Shown here one piece after another: positions 10,693 through 21,174 of a stretch of DNA of 64,000 nucleotides. The translations under genes were made by a program, and so were the position numbers. This DNA comes from Candidatus Bathyarchaeia archaeon (lineage in GTDB: Archaea > Thermoproteota > Bathyarchaeia > 40CM-2-53-6). The notes beneath the pieces were generated by a model, which saw nothing but the letters and a program-made list of their open reading frames with translations, did no database searches and had not been told where the DNA came from. How positions within the stretch are numbered: the first letter of the stretch is position 1; every line of letters begins with the position of its first letter. The DNA is taken from assembly GCA_049517415.1 (NCBI GenBank), contig JBEKSC010000009.1, positions 21,157 to 85,156 on the forward strand, given 5' to 3'.

Positions 10693-11718
10693 ATGACACA
10701 TGAGATTGGAGGGCGTGAGTCAGGAGTTGTCGCGTTTAAGGAAACCGATGAAGTACGGGTGAACGACGACGCCGTTCTCGCGCCGGAAGCTGTCCGCGGA
10801 GAAGTCGGAACCATTGTGAAGATCAACCGCTACTTGACTGAGCCGGCACAACTCTCTGAAAGGATGATCGCGGTGGACCGTTACCAGCAGTTGGTCAAAC
10901 AACCACGCGAAACTGAGATACTCGGCTTCGCCCTGCAAATCTTCCTTCCCAAGATTGGTGACTCGCTCCTCGTAGCCTCAAATGAGGTAACCCTACTTTC
11001 AAAATTCAGAGAAAGGATTGACAGGCTCGAAGGCAGGCTCATCGCTCACCTAACCGACCCACAACAATTCACTGTGCTAGGCGACGGCGGGCTCGATGTT
11101 CCATTCATCAATCAGAATTTTGATGCACAGTTCTTCGGCGACCTGGTGCGGTACGTGCTCAGGCCGAAGCTTGGCAGAACTTCAACCAAGGTCCTATCCC
11201 CTGAAGCCTCCGGCCCCCCTTTGGCGGCCGTCTACGCTAGTATGGCCGGTCTCAGCTTTGTACGCGCGGTGAAAGTGTACGATAAGGCGCGGCCGCAAGT
11301 CCCTGGCACTTGGCGGGGTACTGTGGTGGGAGATGTTAAGGTTCCTTCCGCTACGAAGAAGACCGAGCACTACTTCGCCATTCCCGAAGGCTCGATGATC
11401 GCGGGGGACCGTGTTGTCATCTTTGACGACGTCGGGTTTACTGGCCGTACTCGAAACGCCTGCATACAATTAATCGAAAAAGTGGGTGCAAAGGTCTCGG
11501 CTATCGTTAATGTTGTCGAAAAGTCGTACGGTGAACCTCGGAACGTAACCGTGAACTCGAAAGCTATCCTCGGGATAACCGGCTTCGAACCTGAAACGGA
11601 TAAGACTTGTAGGCTGAAGATTAATGAGCTTCTCTTGGAACCTCTGAAAACTCCTCGCATTGTCGGCGGCGTGAATTACGCTCCTAAGAGGTCTCTCTCA
11701 ACTCTCCGCGAGCAATAG
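10693..11718 (+). CDS. type I phosphoribosyltransferase (purine PRT-like) with N-terminal extension
   Basis: PRPP motif VVIFDDVGFTGRT; PEASG; xanthine-PRT-like LDVPFINQ. Confidence 0.75.
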   Translation: MTHEIGGRESGVVAFKETDEVRVNDDAVLAPEAVRGEVGTIVKINRYLTEPAQLSERMIAVDRYQQLVKQPRETEILGFALQIFLPKIGDSLLVASNEVTLLSKFRERIDRLEGRLIAHLTDPQQFTVLGDGGLDVPFINQNFDAQFFGDLVRYVLRPKLGRTSTKVLSPEASGPPLAAVYASMAGLSFVRAVKVYDKARPQVPGTWRGTVVGDVKVPSATKKTEHYFAIPEGSMIAGDRVVIFDDVGFTGRTRNACIQLIEKVGAKVSAIVNVVEKSYGEPRNVTVNSKAILGITGFEPETDKTCRLKINELLLEPLKTPRIVGGVNYAPKRSLSTLREQ

Positions 11719-11740
11719 TGCGGCCCAAGGAAAGTGCGAG

Positions 11741-12406
11741 TTGCAAATAGATCACTGTGATTTTCCGGAAGACGCACTCTACGACGTAGATAACAGAGTT
11801 TGGGTTAGGCTGCTGGGAAAGAACAGTGCCACCATCGGCATAACAAGCGTTCACTCCGCGTTAGCGGGAAGGCTGAACAAGGTGAACTTCAAGCCCGTCG
11901 GCACTGTCCTGCAGAAAGGGAAGAGCGTCGCAACCATTGAGAGTGTGAAATATTTCGGCGCAGTCCGAACTCCGCTCTCGGGCACTCTTATCGAAAGCAA
12001 CCTTGTTCTAACCGAACGACCGAAGTTAGCAAATGATTCGCCGTATGAATTAGGTTGGTTTGTGAAAGTTGAAGCCGCTTCTCTATCCGAGGAATTGAAG
12101 ACCCTAAGTGATCTGACGAGCGCTAGGGAATCACTGAAATCGCAAATCAGCCAGCTTCGAGTTAGGTGTTTCAAGGCCTATCCGGATTATGAAATGTGGG
12201 AAATAGGGGTGGAATGCGCCGCCGTCTTGGTTAGATTGAATGAGCTTATCGAGCGGTGCGCCTTGAATGATGTGGTTCACGTCGTTTCCGACGATCCAAC
12301 CGCTGATATCGAAATGGAGCGGTGGTCGGATGAAACAGGCCAGTTGGTGCTCGAGTCAAGGAAGGAAGGCAAGCTGATTCACTTCATCGTCAAGAAAGTG
12401 AAGTAG
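11741..12406 (+). CDS. GcvH-like lipoyl-carrier domain fused to a TusA/SirA-like domain
   Basis: ATIGIT..IESVK (lipoyl Lys)..NDSPYELGW, then EIGVEC..VVSDDPTA..ERWSDETG..IHFIVKK. Confidence 0.8.
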   Translation: MQIDHCDFPEDALYDVDNRVWVRLLGKNSATIGITSVHSALAGRLNKVNFKPVGTVLQKGKSVATIESVKYFGAVRTPLSGTLIESNLVLTERPKLANDSPYELGWFVKVEAASLSEELKTLSDLTSARESLKSQISQLRVRCFKAYPDYEMWEIGVECAAVLVRLNELIERCALNDVVHVVSDDPTADIEMERWSDETGQLVLESRKEGKLIHFIVKKVK

Positions 12407-12430
12407 GAAAGTAGGTTTTTTCCGAAGGTT

Positions 12431-13276
12431 TTACGGTTTCTGGATTGGGTTGCGGACCATGTTTCCCCACTCAGTCCAAGACCCGTCGTAGTTCCTTACG
12501 TTCGGGTAGCCGAGTAGGTATTTTAGAACGAACCATGAAAATGACGACCTCTCGCCGATCCTGCAGTATGTTATAATTTCCTTATCCGGTGTGATGCCTT
12601 TGCTTTGGTATAATTTGGCCAAGTCTTCTGCGTTTTTGAAGGTTCCATCCTCCTTCACAGCCTGAGACCATGGTATGCTCACGGCGCCAGGGATGTGCCC
12701 TCCCCGTTGCGCGTGTTCGTTCGGGTATTCAGGTGGGGCCGTTATTTCCCCAGTAAATTCAGCTGGGCTGCGAACATCGACGAGCGCTTTGTCCCTTTTT
12801 CCAAGTGATTTCTTTACGCCGTCCAAATAAATCCTGATTTCCTCGTTCGGGCCTTTGGCTTTGTAGACTGCGAGCGTGTGTGCGGGTAATTCCCTCGTTA
12901 CTTCCCGGTCCTCGGAGAGCCATTTCTTTCGCCCGCCGTTCATCAAAACGACTTTCTCAAAGCCATAGTACTTGAGTATCCAGAAAGCGAAAGCTGCAAA
13001 CCAGTTGTTGAAGTCGCCGTATAGAACAAGCGTCGTGTCTTTGTTTACGCCGGACCTGGAGAGTAAGTCCTCGAGCTGTTTTTGGTTGACTATGTCTCGG
13101 GATAGGGGATCGTTCATGTCAGCTTTCCAGTCGAAGAGTATTGCGCCGGGTATGTGGGCAAGGTTGTAGTTGGCGATGGGGTCATAGTCGACTTCGGCGA
13201 TGCGAACATTGCTATCTTTCAAGTGTTGGCTTACCCAGTCGCTTTCAACAAGAACTTCGGGATGTTTGTATGACAA
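12431..13276 (-). CDS. tandem-domain rhodanese / thiosulfate sulfurtransferase
   Basis: HIPGA twice, active-site YCRIGERS, YDGSWTEW. Confidence 0.95.
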   Translation of the reverse strand: MSYKHPEVLVESDWVSQHLKDSNVRIAEVDYDPIANYNLAHIPGAILFDWKADMNDPLSRDIVNQKQLEDLLSRSGVNKDTTLVLYGDFNNWFAAFAFWILKYYGFEKVVLMNGGRKKWLSEDREVTRELPAHTLAVYKAKGPNEEIRIYLDGVKKSLGKRDKALVDVRSPAEFTGEITAPPEYPNEHAQRGGHIPGAVSIPWSQAVKEDGTFKNAEDLAKLYQSKGITPDKEIITYCRIGERSSFSWFVLKYLLGYPNVRNYDGSWTEWGNMVRNPIQKP

Positions 13277-13504
13277 TTCGTAGCACGGCTCAAAACATGC
13301 CGTACGGCATATTTAACCTCACCTTAACGCCGCCTAACCATACGCGAACACGCGAAGGCCCAACCAAAGTTTAAATTCGAACACAAAACTCCGGAACAGT
13401 AACGGGCACATTATTGACGCCCGGTGAATCAGGAATTTTTCCGAGGCTTACTTGGCGATTCAAAACGCTGCTCGCTCCCAGTTCGAGAAATGAGTGAATG
13501 AATC

Positions 13505-14956
13505 TTGACAGAGAAGATTATTGACGGCTTGACCTTCGACGACGTTCTGCTAATCCCGAAGAAGTCCACTGTTCGTTCCCGAAAGGATGTGCACACCAGG
13601 ACGCGCCTCTCACGAAATATCGAGTTACGCATCCCGATGGTGAGCGCTCCGATGGACACTGTGACTGAACATTCGATGGCTGCCACAATGGCGCGCGCTG
13701 GCGGGATCGGCATCATACACCGTTTCATGACGATAAACCAGCAAGTCGAAGAAGTTCTGAAAGTGAAGCGCTCCGAGAGCATCGTTATAGAGCAACCCTA
13801 CAGCCTAACGGCTGATCTGAAGCTCAAGGACGCGAAACGCTTGATGTCCCAGAAGGGAGTATCTGGCCTGCTCGTCCTAGATGAGCGGGGGCACCTGCAG
13901 GGGATCCTAACGACGAGAGACATTCAATTCGAACGCGACGAGGAGAAAAGGGTTGGTGAAATGATGACTGGAATCAAGGACATGGTCACAGCCTCTGCCG
14001 GGATAACTCTAGAAGAGGCGGAACGGATTCTGCACAAAAACAAGCTCGAAAAACTTCCATTGACCGACAAGGACGGAAAACTGCGCGGCCTCATAACAAG
14101 CCGCGACATGCTCAGCCTCGAACAATATCCGGACGCTTCGAAGGACCAGAAAGGCCGCTTGTTGGTCGGTGCGGCTGTTGGCGTGAAGGCAGGTTACCTA
14201 GAGAGGTCCAGGGAGTTGTGTGAAGCTGGTGTTGACGTGCTCGTTCTCGACGTGGCCCACGCCCACTCCGACATTACACTCGAAGCCGTTCGCAACATCA
14301 AGAAGTCACTGCCAAAAGCTGAGTTGATTGTGGGCAACGTTGCGACCAAGGAGGGAACCGAGGACCTTATCGCTGCTGGAGCGGACGCCGTGAAGGTGGG
14401 AATTGGTTCCGGTTCGATATGCATCACCCGGATTGTGACAGGGGCAGGAGTCCCTCAGCTTACGGCTATCATCGAATGTACGAAGGTGGCCGACGAGAAT
14501 GGTGTGCCAATAATTGCTGATGGGGGGATACGCAACTCGGGCGATATTACGAAAGCCATCGCCGCAGGCGCTTCAACCGTGATGGTTGGAAGCCTTCTCG
14601 CGGGGGCGGAGGAAAGCCCGGGGATGACCGTGATGAGGGAGGGCAGGAAATTCAAGTTAGTGCGCGGAATGGCTTCAGTAGCTGCCTCCTACGACCGGAC
14701 ATCTCGAGAATCCGAACAGGCAGAAGAGGACGCTGCAGTCGACCTCTTAGACTACGTACCGGAAGGTGTGGAGGCGTTCGTAGAATACAAGGGCAACGCC
14801 TCAGAGTTAATTAGCCAACTCGTTGGGGGCCTGCGTTCTGGGATGAGTTACTGCGGCGCAACAGAAATTTCGCAATTCCGTGGTAAAGGTAATTTCGTCA
14901 AAATCTCACAAGCAGGTTTGAAGGAAAGCTACCCACACGACGTCGAAGTAATGTAA
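13505..14956 (+). CDS. guaB: IMP dehydrogenase
   Basis: [11 protein letters not shown] pair, [17 protein letters not shown]. Confidence 0.97.
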   Translation: MTEKIIDGLTFDDVLLIPKKSTVRSRKDVHTRTRLSRNIELRIPMVSAPMDTVTEHSMAATMARAGGIGIIHRFMTINQQVEEVLKVKRSESIVIEQPYSLTADLKLKDAKRLMSQKGVSGLLVLDERGHLQGILTTRDIQFERDEEKRVGEMMTGIKDMVTASAGITLEEAERILHKNKLEKLPLTDKDGKLRGLITSRDMLSLEQYPDASKDQKGRLLVGAAVGVKAGYLERSRELCEAGVDVLVLDVAHAHSDITLEAVRNIKKSLPKAELIVGNVATKEGTEDLIAAGADAVKVGIGSGSICITRIVTGAGVPQLTAIIECTKVADENGVPIIADGGIRNSGDITKAIAAGASTVMVGSLLAGAEESPGMTVMREGRKFKLVRGMASVAASYDRTSRESEQAEEDAAVDLLDYVPEGVEAFVEYKGNASELISQLVGGLRSGMSYCGATEISQFRGKGNFVKISQAGLKESYPHDVEVM

Positions 14957-14997
14957 ACAGAACAAGCCTTACTCCTTCCACTAGTCGGCGTGCCTCA

Positions 14998-15510
14998 TTG
15001 GAAATCTTCACAATCGGTCATTCAACTAGAACCTTCGACGAACTCGTACGCTCCTTGTCGGCCCATGGTGTGAACATCTTAGTTGACGTGCGAAGTTTCC
15101 CCCGTTCGTTCAAGAATCCCCAATTCAACACCGAAGTGATAGAAACTGAACTCCCCAAACACAACATTCGTTACATCTGGTTGCAGAAGCTCGGCGGGCG
15201 GAGGAAAGGGTTCGGGCAAGAATCTAAGAACGCTTGTTGGAAGAACAAGTCGTTCAGGAATTATGCGGATTACATGGAGACCTCGGCCTTTACCGATGGC
15301 GCCGAGGAGCTTCTCAGGTTGTCAGGTGAGGGGGTCGTTGCCATAATGTGTGCTGAGGCCGTTTATTGGAGGTGCCACCGGTCAATGATATCCGATTACC
15401 TGAAATCGAATGGACTGCACGTCACACACATCTTCGATGAGACGCATAGCCGGGAGCATGAATACACTCAATGCGCGAAGGTTGTAGACGGAAAACTAAC
15501 CTACCATTGA
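14998..15510 (+). CDS. DUF488 family protein
   Basis: IFTIGHS, DVRSFP, MCAE..WRCHR. Confidence 0.9.
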   Translation: MEIFTIGHSTRTFDELVRSLSAHGVNILVDVRSFPRSFKNPQFNTEVIETELPKHNIRYIWLQKLGGRRKGFGQESKNACWKNKSFRNYADYMETSAFTDGAEELLRLSGEGVVAIMCAEAVYWRCHRSMISDYLKSNGLHVTHIFDETHSREHEYTQCAKVVDGKLTYH

Positions 15511-15530
15511 ACAGAACTAAATCCCGAGAG

Positions 15531-16010
15531 TTAGATGGTTTTCTTCGCAACTAGGTAGTATCCGCTTGCTTTGTCTTCCAGAGAGGTGACAGAGAATCCC
15601 ACTTTCTCCAATCTTTGCTTCAAGATGTCGGGTGTGAGGAAATTCACGTGAACCCTTCTTATCTTGCGTTCGATCCAGTCGATGATTTTCCATCGGCCTT
15701 CTGGCCTCAGTTCGTTTACGAACAGGCATCCAGTTGGCTTTAGAATTCTATTCAGCTCCCTCATTGCCTGATCTATGTCAGTCATATGATGAAGCGACTT
15801 CTTTGCGTAACCTTTTTCGAAGGAGGAATCTCGAAATGGAATTGCCTCTCCAACGGCTAGGATACAATCTAGGTTTGGATACGTGCGGTGCATGTGCTGC
15901 ACTTTCTTTTGAGCGGGCTCAATTGCAATTACCTCTTTGGATTGGTTGGCTACCTTACTTGCAACGTACCCGTAGCCTGCTCCAAGCTCTACAATCATAT
16001 CCGTACCCAA
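15531..16010 (-). CDS. class I SAM-dependent methyltransferase
   Basis: VELGAGYG, IPFRDSSF, SLHH, RILKPTG. Confidence 0.85.
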   Translation of the reverse strand: MGTDMIVELGAGYGYVASKVANQSKEVIAIEPAQKKVQHMHRTYPNLDCILAVGEAIPFRDSSFEKGYAKKSLHHMTDIDQAMRELNRILKPTGCLFVNELRPEGRWKIIDWIERKIRRVHVNFLTPDILKQRLEKVGFSVTSLEDKASGYYLVAKKTI

Positions 16011-16121
16011 CGGGTTCAGGAGAGTTACAATGTGGCTGGAATCTCGCCGGGCGGTCCAAGCTTCAAATGAAGTAAGAAGAGGCGCCGTAGGCTTTAGGAC
16101 ACTCCAACCCGATTTATGAGG

Positions 16122-16445
16122 CTATATTTCGATCATAACGTCGCTTCCTTGAACGGTAACCTTGTACGATTTTTCCGGCTGGATGCTATCCGCCGGTTCT
16201 TGGTCAGGCCCGATGAGAGGTTTTCCAGTTGTGACGTCGAACTGGGCTCCGTGCTCTGGGCAGGTTACAACATTATTCCTGAGTGCGCCCTCTGATAGGT
16301 TTCCTTGCTCATGCGTACACCAGTTATCCATCGCGTAGAAGTTTCCGCCGATATTGGCGAGGACAATATCCTTTCCGCCAGCGTTGACGAATTTGAGGCG
16401 GCCAGGGGGCACGTCGGATTTGCTGCACGCCTTAACTAGTGGCAT
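16122..16445 (-). CDS. Rieske [2Fe-2S] ferredoxin
   Basis: CTH...CPEHG. Confidence 0.92.
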   Translation of the reverse strand: MPLVKACSKSDVPPGRLKFVNAGGKDIVLANIGGNFYAMDNWCTHEQGNLSEGALRNNVVTCPEHGAQFDVTTGKPLIGPDQEPADSIQPEKSYKVTVQGSDVMIEI

Positions 16446-16492
16446 TGGGCATCTAAATTTCTGGGGATGTTCCTTAGGTTTTAAGTCCTTCG

Positions 16493-18340
16493 TTAGAGCG
16501 GTTTAGGGGTCGCTTTTAATCGGCGCAGCTCAGCGGTCAATAATGGGACGGCAGCGGCGTAGTCGGCTGCAATGCCATAATCGCAATTCTTGAAGATTAG
16601 TGCATTTGGATCGCTGTTGATTGCTACAACTATCCTCGCCCGGCCGATTCCGACCGTGTGGTTAAATGCGCCTCTCACGCCGATCGCTAAATACAGCTTC
16701 GGTCCCACGGATCTACCTGTTAGCCCAACCTGAAGCTGCCTGGGCAACCAGCCCATGTCCACAACCTTCCTAGTAGTCGCTATCGGCGCATCCAAGACCT
16801 CAGCCAATTCATTGATTACCTTCATATTACTAGGTCCGCCAACGCCAAATCCTACAGCCACAACGACGTCCGCATTGTCTAATCTCAACGCGTCTCGATC
16901 TGACTCGAACCTTTCCTCGACCACCCGGCCCATTGCCTTCAGACCCGTTGGGTGTACCTCAACCACACTACCACGTCTGGAAGGGTTCGCTACTGTTGCG
17001 GTCAGCATTCCGGGCCGAACCGTTGCCATCTGTGGAAATGTACGGCTGATGATGGGTGCTACAATGTTTCCGCCAAATGCCGGCTTCAATTGAACCAGTT
17101 GCCCTTGGTCGTTCAGCTCTAGTCCGATGCAGTCGCTTGTCATACCTAGCCCAAGCCGAGCGGCTACCCTTGGCATGAAATCTCTGCCGAGGGACGTGGC
17201 AGCTGCCACAACCGCGAAGGGCTGGTATTGATGACTCGTTTCAGCTAGGGCAGCGGCGTAAGCGTCGCTCGAGTAAGCCGACAATTGCTCATGCTTAACC
17301 AAGTAGACTCTGTCAGCTCCGTGCGCGATGAAGTCCTGGGCATGCTCCTCGGGGCTATCGCCTAGGGCGACGACGCACAGTTCGCTCTCCAATTTGGACG
17401 CAAGCTCGAGTCCCCGCCCAATCAATTCGTAACTTGCGCTCCTCACGCGGCCTTGCACCATCTCAGCGAAAACCCAAAACGGCTTACTCATTCCTAGGGC
17501 ACGAGACCCGGGGGGCATGGGTTTCTTTTCCTCAACCTCCTTCCATCCCGAGAACAGGCCGCTCGCGGCTAGGTTCTCTGCAAGTTTCTTCACTTTCTCT
17601 TCCAGCGTCGAGCCACCGACGATTTCGCATTTCCTCTTGGTTTCAATGGAGTAAATTTCGGAAACAGACGTTGGCGAGCCTTTGGACCCGAACAGTGAAG
17701 CGTCTTGGCTGAGTTCGGACGCTGTAACGGCCCTGTAGGGTTTTGATTTCGCGGCTTCCCGTTCCTCTTGGGTTGGGTTGTAGGGTTTGATTAATCGTTC
17801 AGCGGACGTTAGGAGAAGTGGTAATGGTGCTTCGATTCGTTGGAACCCGTAGTCCGTTTCGGCTTCGACTGTCGCTCTGTCGTGGCTGGCTGAGAGGTCA
17901 ACTTTGGTTGCACCGCTCACGTGGGGGATTCCAAGAAGTTCTGCGACCTCAGGGCCGACGTGGCCCGTTTCCGCGTCCACACTGTACTTTCCGCACAGGA
18001 TGATGTCGAAAGGTGTCTCTCTCTCAATCGCCATTGAGAGGGCACGTGATGTAGCTAGGGTGTCGGATCCAGCGAACGCTCTATCTAACAGGTGTAGGGC
18101 ACGATCGGCGCCCATCGCCATAGCCTCAGTCAGGGCTTCTTTAGCTTGGGGTGGTCCCATCGTCATAACAACCACCTCGCCGCCGTACTCTTCCTTAGCG
18201 GTGGCAGCGAAGGTTAGGGCCCTTCTATCAAACGGGTTAATCTCGTTGTGAACTCCTTCCCGGATAAGTGTCCTTTTCACGCTGTCAAACTTGAGCTCCG
18301 AAACCGCCGGAACTTGCTTGATGCACACGATAAACTTCAT
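16493..18340 (-). CDS. electron transfer flavoprotein beta-alpha fusion
   Basis: N-terminal IVCIKQVP/GSDTLATS (EtfB); C-terminal QVGLTG, GAFNH (EtfA). Confidence 0.92.
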   Translation of the reverse strand: MKFIVCIKQVPAVSELKFDSVKRTLIREGVHNEINPFDRRALTFAATAKEEYGGEVVVMTMGPPQAKEALTEAMAMGADRALHLLDRAFAGSDTLATSRALSMAIERETPFDIILCGKYSVDAETGHVGPEVAELLGIPHVSGATKVDLSASHDRATVEAETDYGFQRIEAPLPLLLTSAERLIKPYNPTQEEREAAKSKPYRAVTASELSQDASLFGSKGSPTSVSEIYSIETKRKCEIVGGSTLEEKVKKLAENLAASGLFSGWKEVEEKKPMPPGSRALGMSKPFWVFAEMVQGRVRSASYELIGRGLELASKLESELCVVALGDSPEEHAQDFIAHGADRVYLVKHEQLSAYSSDAYAAALAETSHQYQPFAVVAAATSLGRDFMPRVAARLGLGMTSDCIGLELNDQGQLVQLKPAFGGNIVAPIISRTFPQMATVRPGMLTATVANPSRRGSVVEVHPTGLKAMGRVVEERFESDRDALRLDNADVVVAVGFGVGGPSNMKVINELAEVLDAPIATTRKVVDMGWLPRQLQVGLTGRSVGPKLYLAIGVRGAFNHTVGIGRARIVVAINSDPNALIFKNCDYGIAADYAAAVPLLTAELRRLKATPKPL

Positions 18341-18542
18341 TGCAGAACCACTCCGACTCACTCGCTTGGCGCCGTATGGCATTTGGGTCGAAAAGTGGAA
18401 TCTTCTCCAAATCTAACTATTCCTCCACGCCATGATAAATATTCGCAGCGTAAGGCCAGAGCAAGCGTGCAAACTCTGAAAACAATATCACACCTCTCCC
18501 AGAGTTTAATTATATCCAGCCTCGAATTCTGGCTCGAGGCCG

Positions 18543-19097
18543 ATGCAAGCGCTCTCTTCCCTTAAATCAAAACTCGGAACCGTAGTGGACGATTTCCGAA
18601 AGAAGTACCCCTCGTTCGACGAATCTTTCAGCACATACATGGGGCAATATGGAGAGGGTGCTGTAAAGGTCTATGAGCCCTTTAAGGTCAGCGACACCAT
18701 CGATCCCGTCGTCATAATTCTCGGCCGAACTACGTCCCTTTTCTACAAAGATTCCCGTCGGCTCCTGTCCGGCAGCCTCAACTCAGTCCCTATTGAGAGC
18801 GGAAATGTCTATGTGATGGGTAGGCGCAAACGTCCCGATTCGAAACTAATCGTCTGGTCATCGAAGGAGGAGAGCGAGGTTGAACAGTATGACAGCCGCA
18901 TCCGAATAATTCCTTCACGAATTCACGCTGCGATCTTTGCCTTAGAAGACGGCACCGTCTTGTTCGCTGATCTGGGCAGCTCCTCGGGCTCAATTTTGGT
19001 AGGTGAAACCTCAAAGCCGGAACCATTCATCACACTCTACGCACCGCCTAGGGTCGACGTTCACAGAGTCCCAATTGAATCAAAGTACACGCGTTAA
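18543..19097 (+). CDS. FHA domain protein
   Basis: GR...SRIH...DLGSSSG pattern. Confidence 0.7.
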   Translation: MQALSSLKSKLGTVVDDFRKKYPSFDESFSTYMGQYGEGAVKVYEPFKVSDTIDPVVIILGRTTSLFYKDSRRLLSGSLNSVPIESGNVYVMGRRKRPDSKLIVWSSKEESEVEQYDSRIRIIPSRIHAAIFALEDGTVLFADLGSSSGSILVGETSKPEPFITLYAPPRVDVHRVPIESKYTR

Positions 19098-19311
19098 GGC
19101 CCGGATTGGATTCCTCGCCTGACGGGTGAGAAGTTGCTATCATCATTCAACCGGATCATTCTATCTTTCACTCCACACACGAAGCTAGATTGAGAGCCAG
19201 TCTCAATTAACTCCGCTAACCTACCAAGCGGAAGTTCGCCACCTAACCTCGGTACAGAATTCGCTAATTGAGAGTTAACCCTAAATTTCCCATTACTCTG
19301 TGCTTCGAATG

Positions 19312-19413
19312 AAGGTACCGGGGGAGCTGGGAAGGTCCCGGCTGAGAGGACGGCTCACGTCGCCGTCGACCCCGTGAACCTGATCCGGGTAATGCCGGCG
19401 TAGGGAGTGTGCT
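19312..19413 (+). ncRNA. TPP riboswitch aptamer
   Basis: GGGGAGC...GCTGAGA...GACCC.TGAACCTGATCCGGGTAATGCCGGCGTAGGGAG directly upstream of a thiamine transporter. Confidence 0.93.
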
Positions 19414-19513
19414 AAGTGAACGCAAGTCGCGCAACTTTCCGCAATCCATCCAAAGCGTTCCATATCGCTGTCCTCGGTAACCTTCAACCAAATCGTGGAG
19501 GTGAAATTGGACA

Positions 19514-20032
19514 GTGAAAATTCAAACAAAGATACTAACGGAAATCATCGCTATGGTCGCTCTGGCAGGAGTCCTTGAGTACGTTTCCGGATTTCTCCCG
19601 TTGCAGATGCCAGAAGGTGGCAGGGTGACCCTTGCCGCAATGGTCCCAATCTTCTTTGTTGCCGCACGAAGGGGTCCGCGGATTGGGATCTTGGCGGGAA
19701 TTGCTTTCGGTTTAGTGGTGCTCGTGGAAGAACCTTTCATATACCATCCAGTTCAAGTTCTGCTTGATTATCCACTGGCTTTCGGGGCACTCGGGTTAGC
19801 TGGTTTCTTCCGACACTCACCTGTGCTCGGCGTCGCGGTCGGCATAGGTGGAAGGTTCCTTTGCCATTTCACTTCAGGGCTCGTTTTCTTCGCAACGTAT
19901 GCACCAGCAGGAATGAATCCAGCACTTTATTCCGCAATATACAATGCATGGTATCTTGTTCCAGAACTCATCATCAGCTCTGTGTTCATGTTCATACTGC
20001 AAAAGAGGCATGTATTAGAAATCTATCTCTGA
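19514..20032 (+). CDS. thiT: ECF-type thiamine transporter S component
   Basis: MPEGG.VT, HPVQVLLDYPLAF, HFTSG.VFFA.YAP, YSAIYN; GGAGGTGA RBS. Confidence 0.9.
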   Translation: MKIQTKILTEIIAMVALAGVLEYVSGFLPLQMPEGGRVTLAAMVPIFFVAARRGPRIGILAGIAFGLVVLVEEPFIYHPVQVLLDYPLAFGALGLAGFFRHSPVLGVAVGIGGRFLCHFTSGLVFFATYAPAGMNPALYSAIYNAWYLVPELIISSVFMFILQKRHVLEIYL

Positions 20033-20086
20033 TTCACTACGTAGAATCGCGGAATAAAACCCCTTTTTTCTTCTCTTGTTCAACAT

Positions 20087-21166
20087 ATGAAGAGAATGGT
20101 CAGGCGAAAAATGTTGACTGGCTATCTTGGAAAAGTCAACCGAAACTACTTGGACAGAGTTATCTATCCTAGGCTCGGCGCCGTACGTCGAGAAATAATC
20201 GTTGGCCCAAGATTTGGCGTTGACAATGCAGTTGTCAGAGTTGGGGGAGGGAGAGTTCTGGTGGCAACAACCGACCCGCTGTCCTTCATCCCGGGCTTAC
20301 GCCCATCTGAATCGGCATGGCTCTCAGTCAACCTGTTAGCCTCCGATCTAACCACTTGCGGTTGCGCCCCACAGTACGGAATCTTCGACTTCAATCTGCC
20401 CCCGCAGATGAGTAATCACCAATTTGCCGAGTACTGGAAAGCTTTCCATTCTGAGTGCAAGAAGCTTGGGCTCGCAATCGTGGGGGGCCACACAGGAAAG
20501 TACCAAGGTTGCGGCTATTCGGTAATCGGGGGCGGCGTAATGTATACGGTCTGCCGTGAGGAGCGGTACCTGACGTCTGAAATGGCCGGAAGTGGCGACG
20601 ACGTCATCCTAACTAAAGGCGCAGCTGTTGAAACGACGGCAATTCTCACACGAGCATTCCCACGAAAAATCAAAAGTGTAATAGGGAGCAGGCTGTTCGA
20701 GAAGGCTCGGAATTACCTGTTCGAAGTATCGACTGTAAAAGACGCTCTCACAGCGGCTTCTGTTGGAATTCATCAGAATGGAGTAACAGCCATGCATGAC
20801 GCAACAGAGGGCGGCGTCATTGCCGCTGTCCTGGAACTTTCAAACGCATCGGGCCTCGGAGTAGAAATCGACTTGGACATTATTCCGGTATCCGAAGAGA
20901 CCCGGGAGATTTGTAAGTTCTTTCGAATCAACGCTTTGATATCCCTTAGCGAAGGGACTCTCATAATCGCGTGCCGCCCCAATAAAACTGCAAGAGTCTT
21001 GAACCAACTGAAGTCTAACGGGATCTCATCGCACGTGGTCGGCCGCTTGACAAAGACCCGATCAGCGCAGGCAACAACACGTCGAGGGCGGGTTCGTCTT
21101 ACTTATCCTAGTTTTGACCCGTATTGGAAGGCTTACCGGAAAGGAACAACGAAACGCTGGCAATGA
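20087..21166 (+). CDS. AIR synthase-like (PurM/HypE/ThiL superfamily) protein
   Basis: GVDNAV, TTDP, GGHT, MHDATEGG. Confidence 0.85.
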   Translation: MKRMVRRKMLTGYLGKVNRNYLDRVIYPRLGAVRREIIVGPRFGVDNAVVRVGGGRVLVATTDPLSFIPGLRPSESAWLSVNLLASDLTTCGCAPQYGIFDFNLPPQMSNHQFAEYWKAFHSECKKLGLAIVGGHTGKYQGCGYSVIGGGVMYTVCREERYLTSEMAGSGDDVILTKGAAVETTAILTRAFPRKIKSVIGSRLFEKARNYLFEVSTVKDALTAASVGIHQNGVTAMHDATEGGVIAAVLELSNASGLGVEIDLDIIPVSEETREICKFFRINALISLSEGTLIIACRPNKTARVLNQLKSNGISSHVVGRLTKTRSAQATTRRGRVRLTYPSFDPYWKAYRKGTTKRWQ

Positions 21167-21174
21167 ACTTCGGC

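Noticed and set aside
13425..13461. TGAATC...GATTCA stem upstream of guaB as a purine riboswitch
   Set aside because: No purine-riboswitch consensus and only a 6-bp stem
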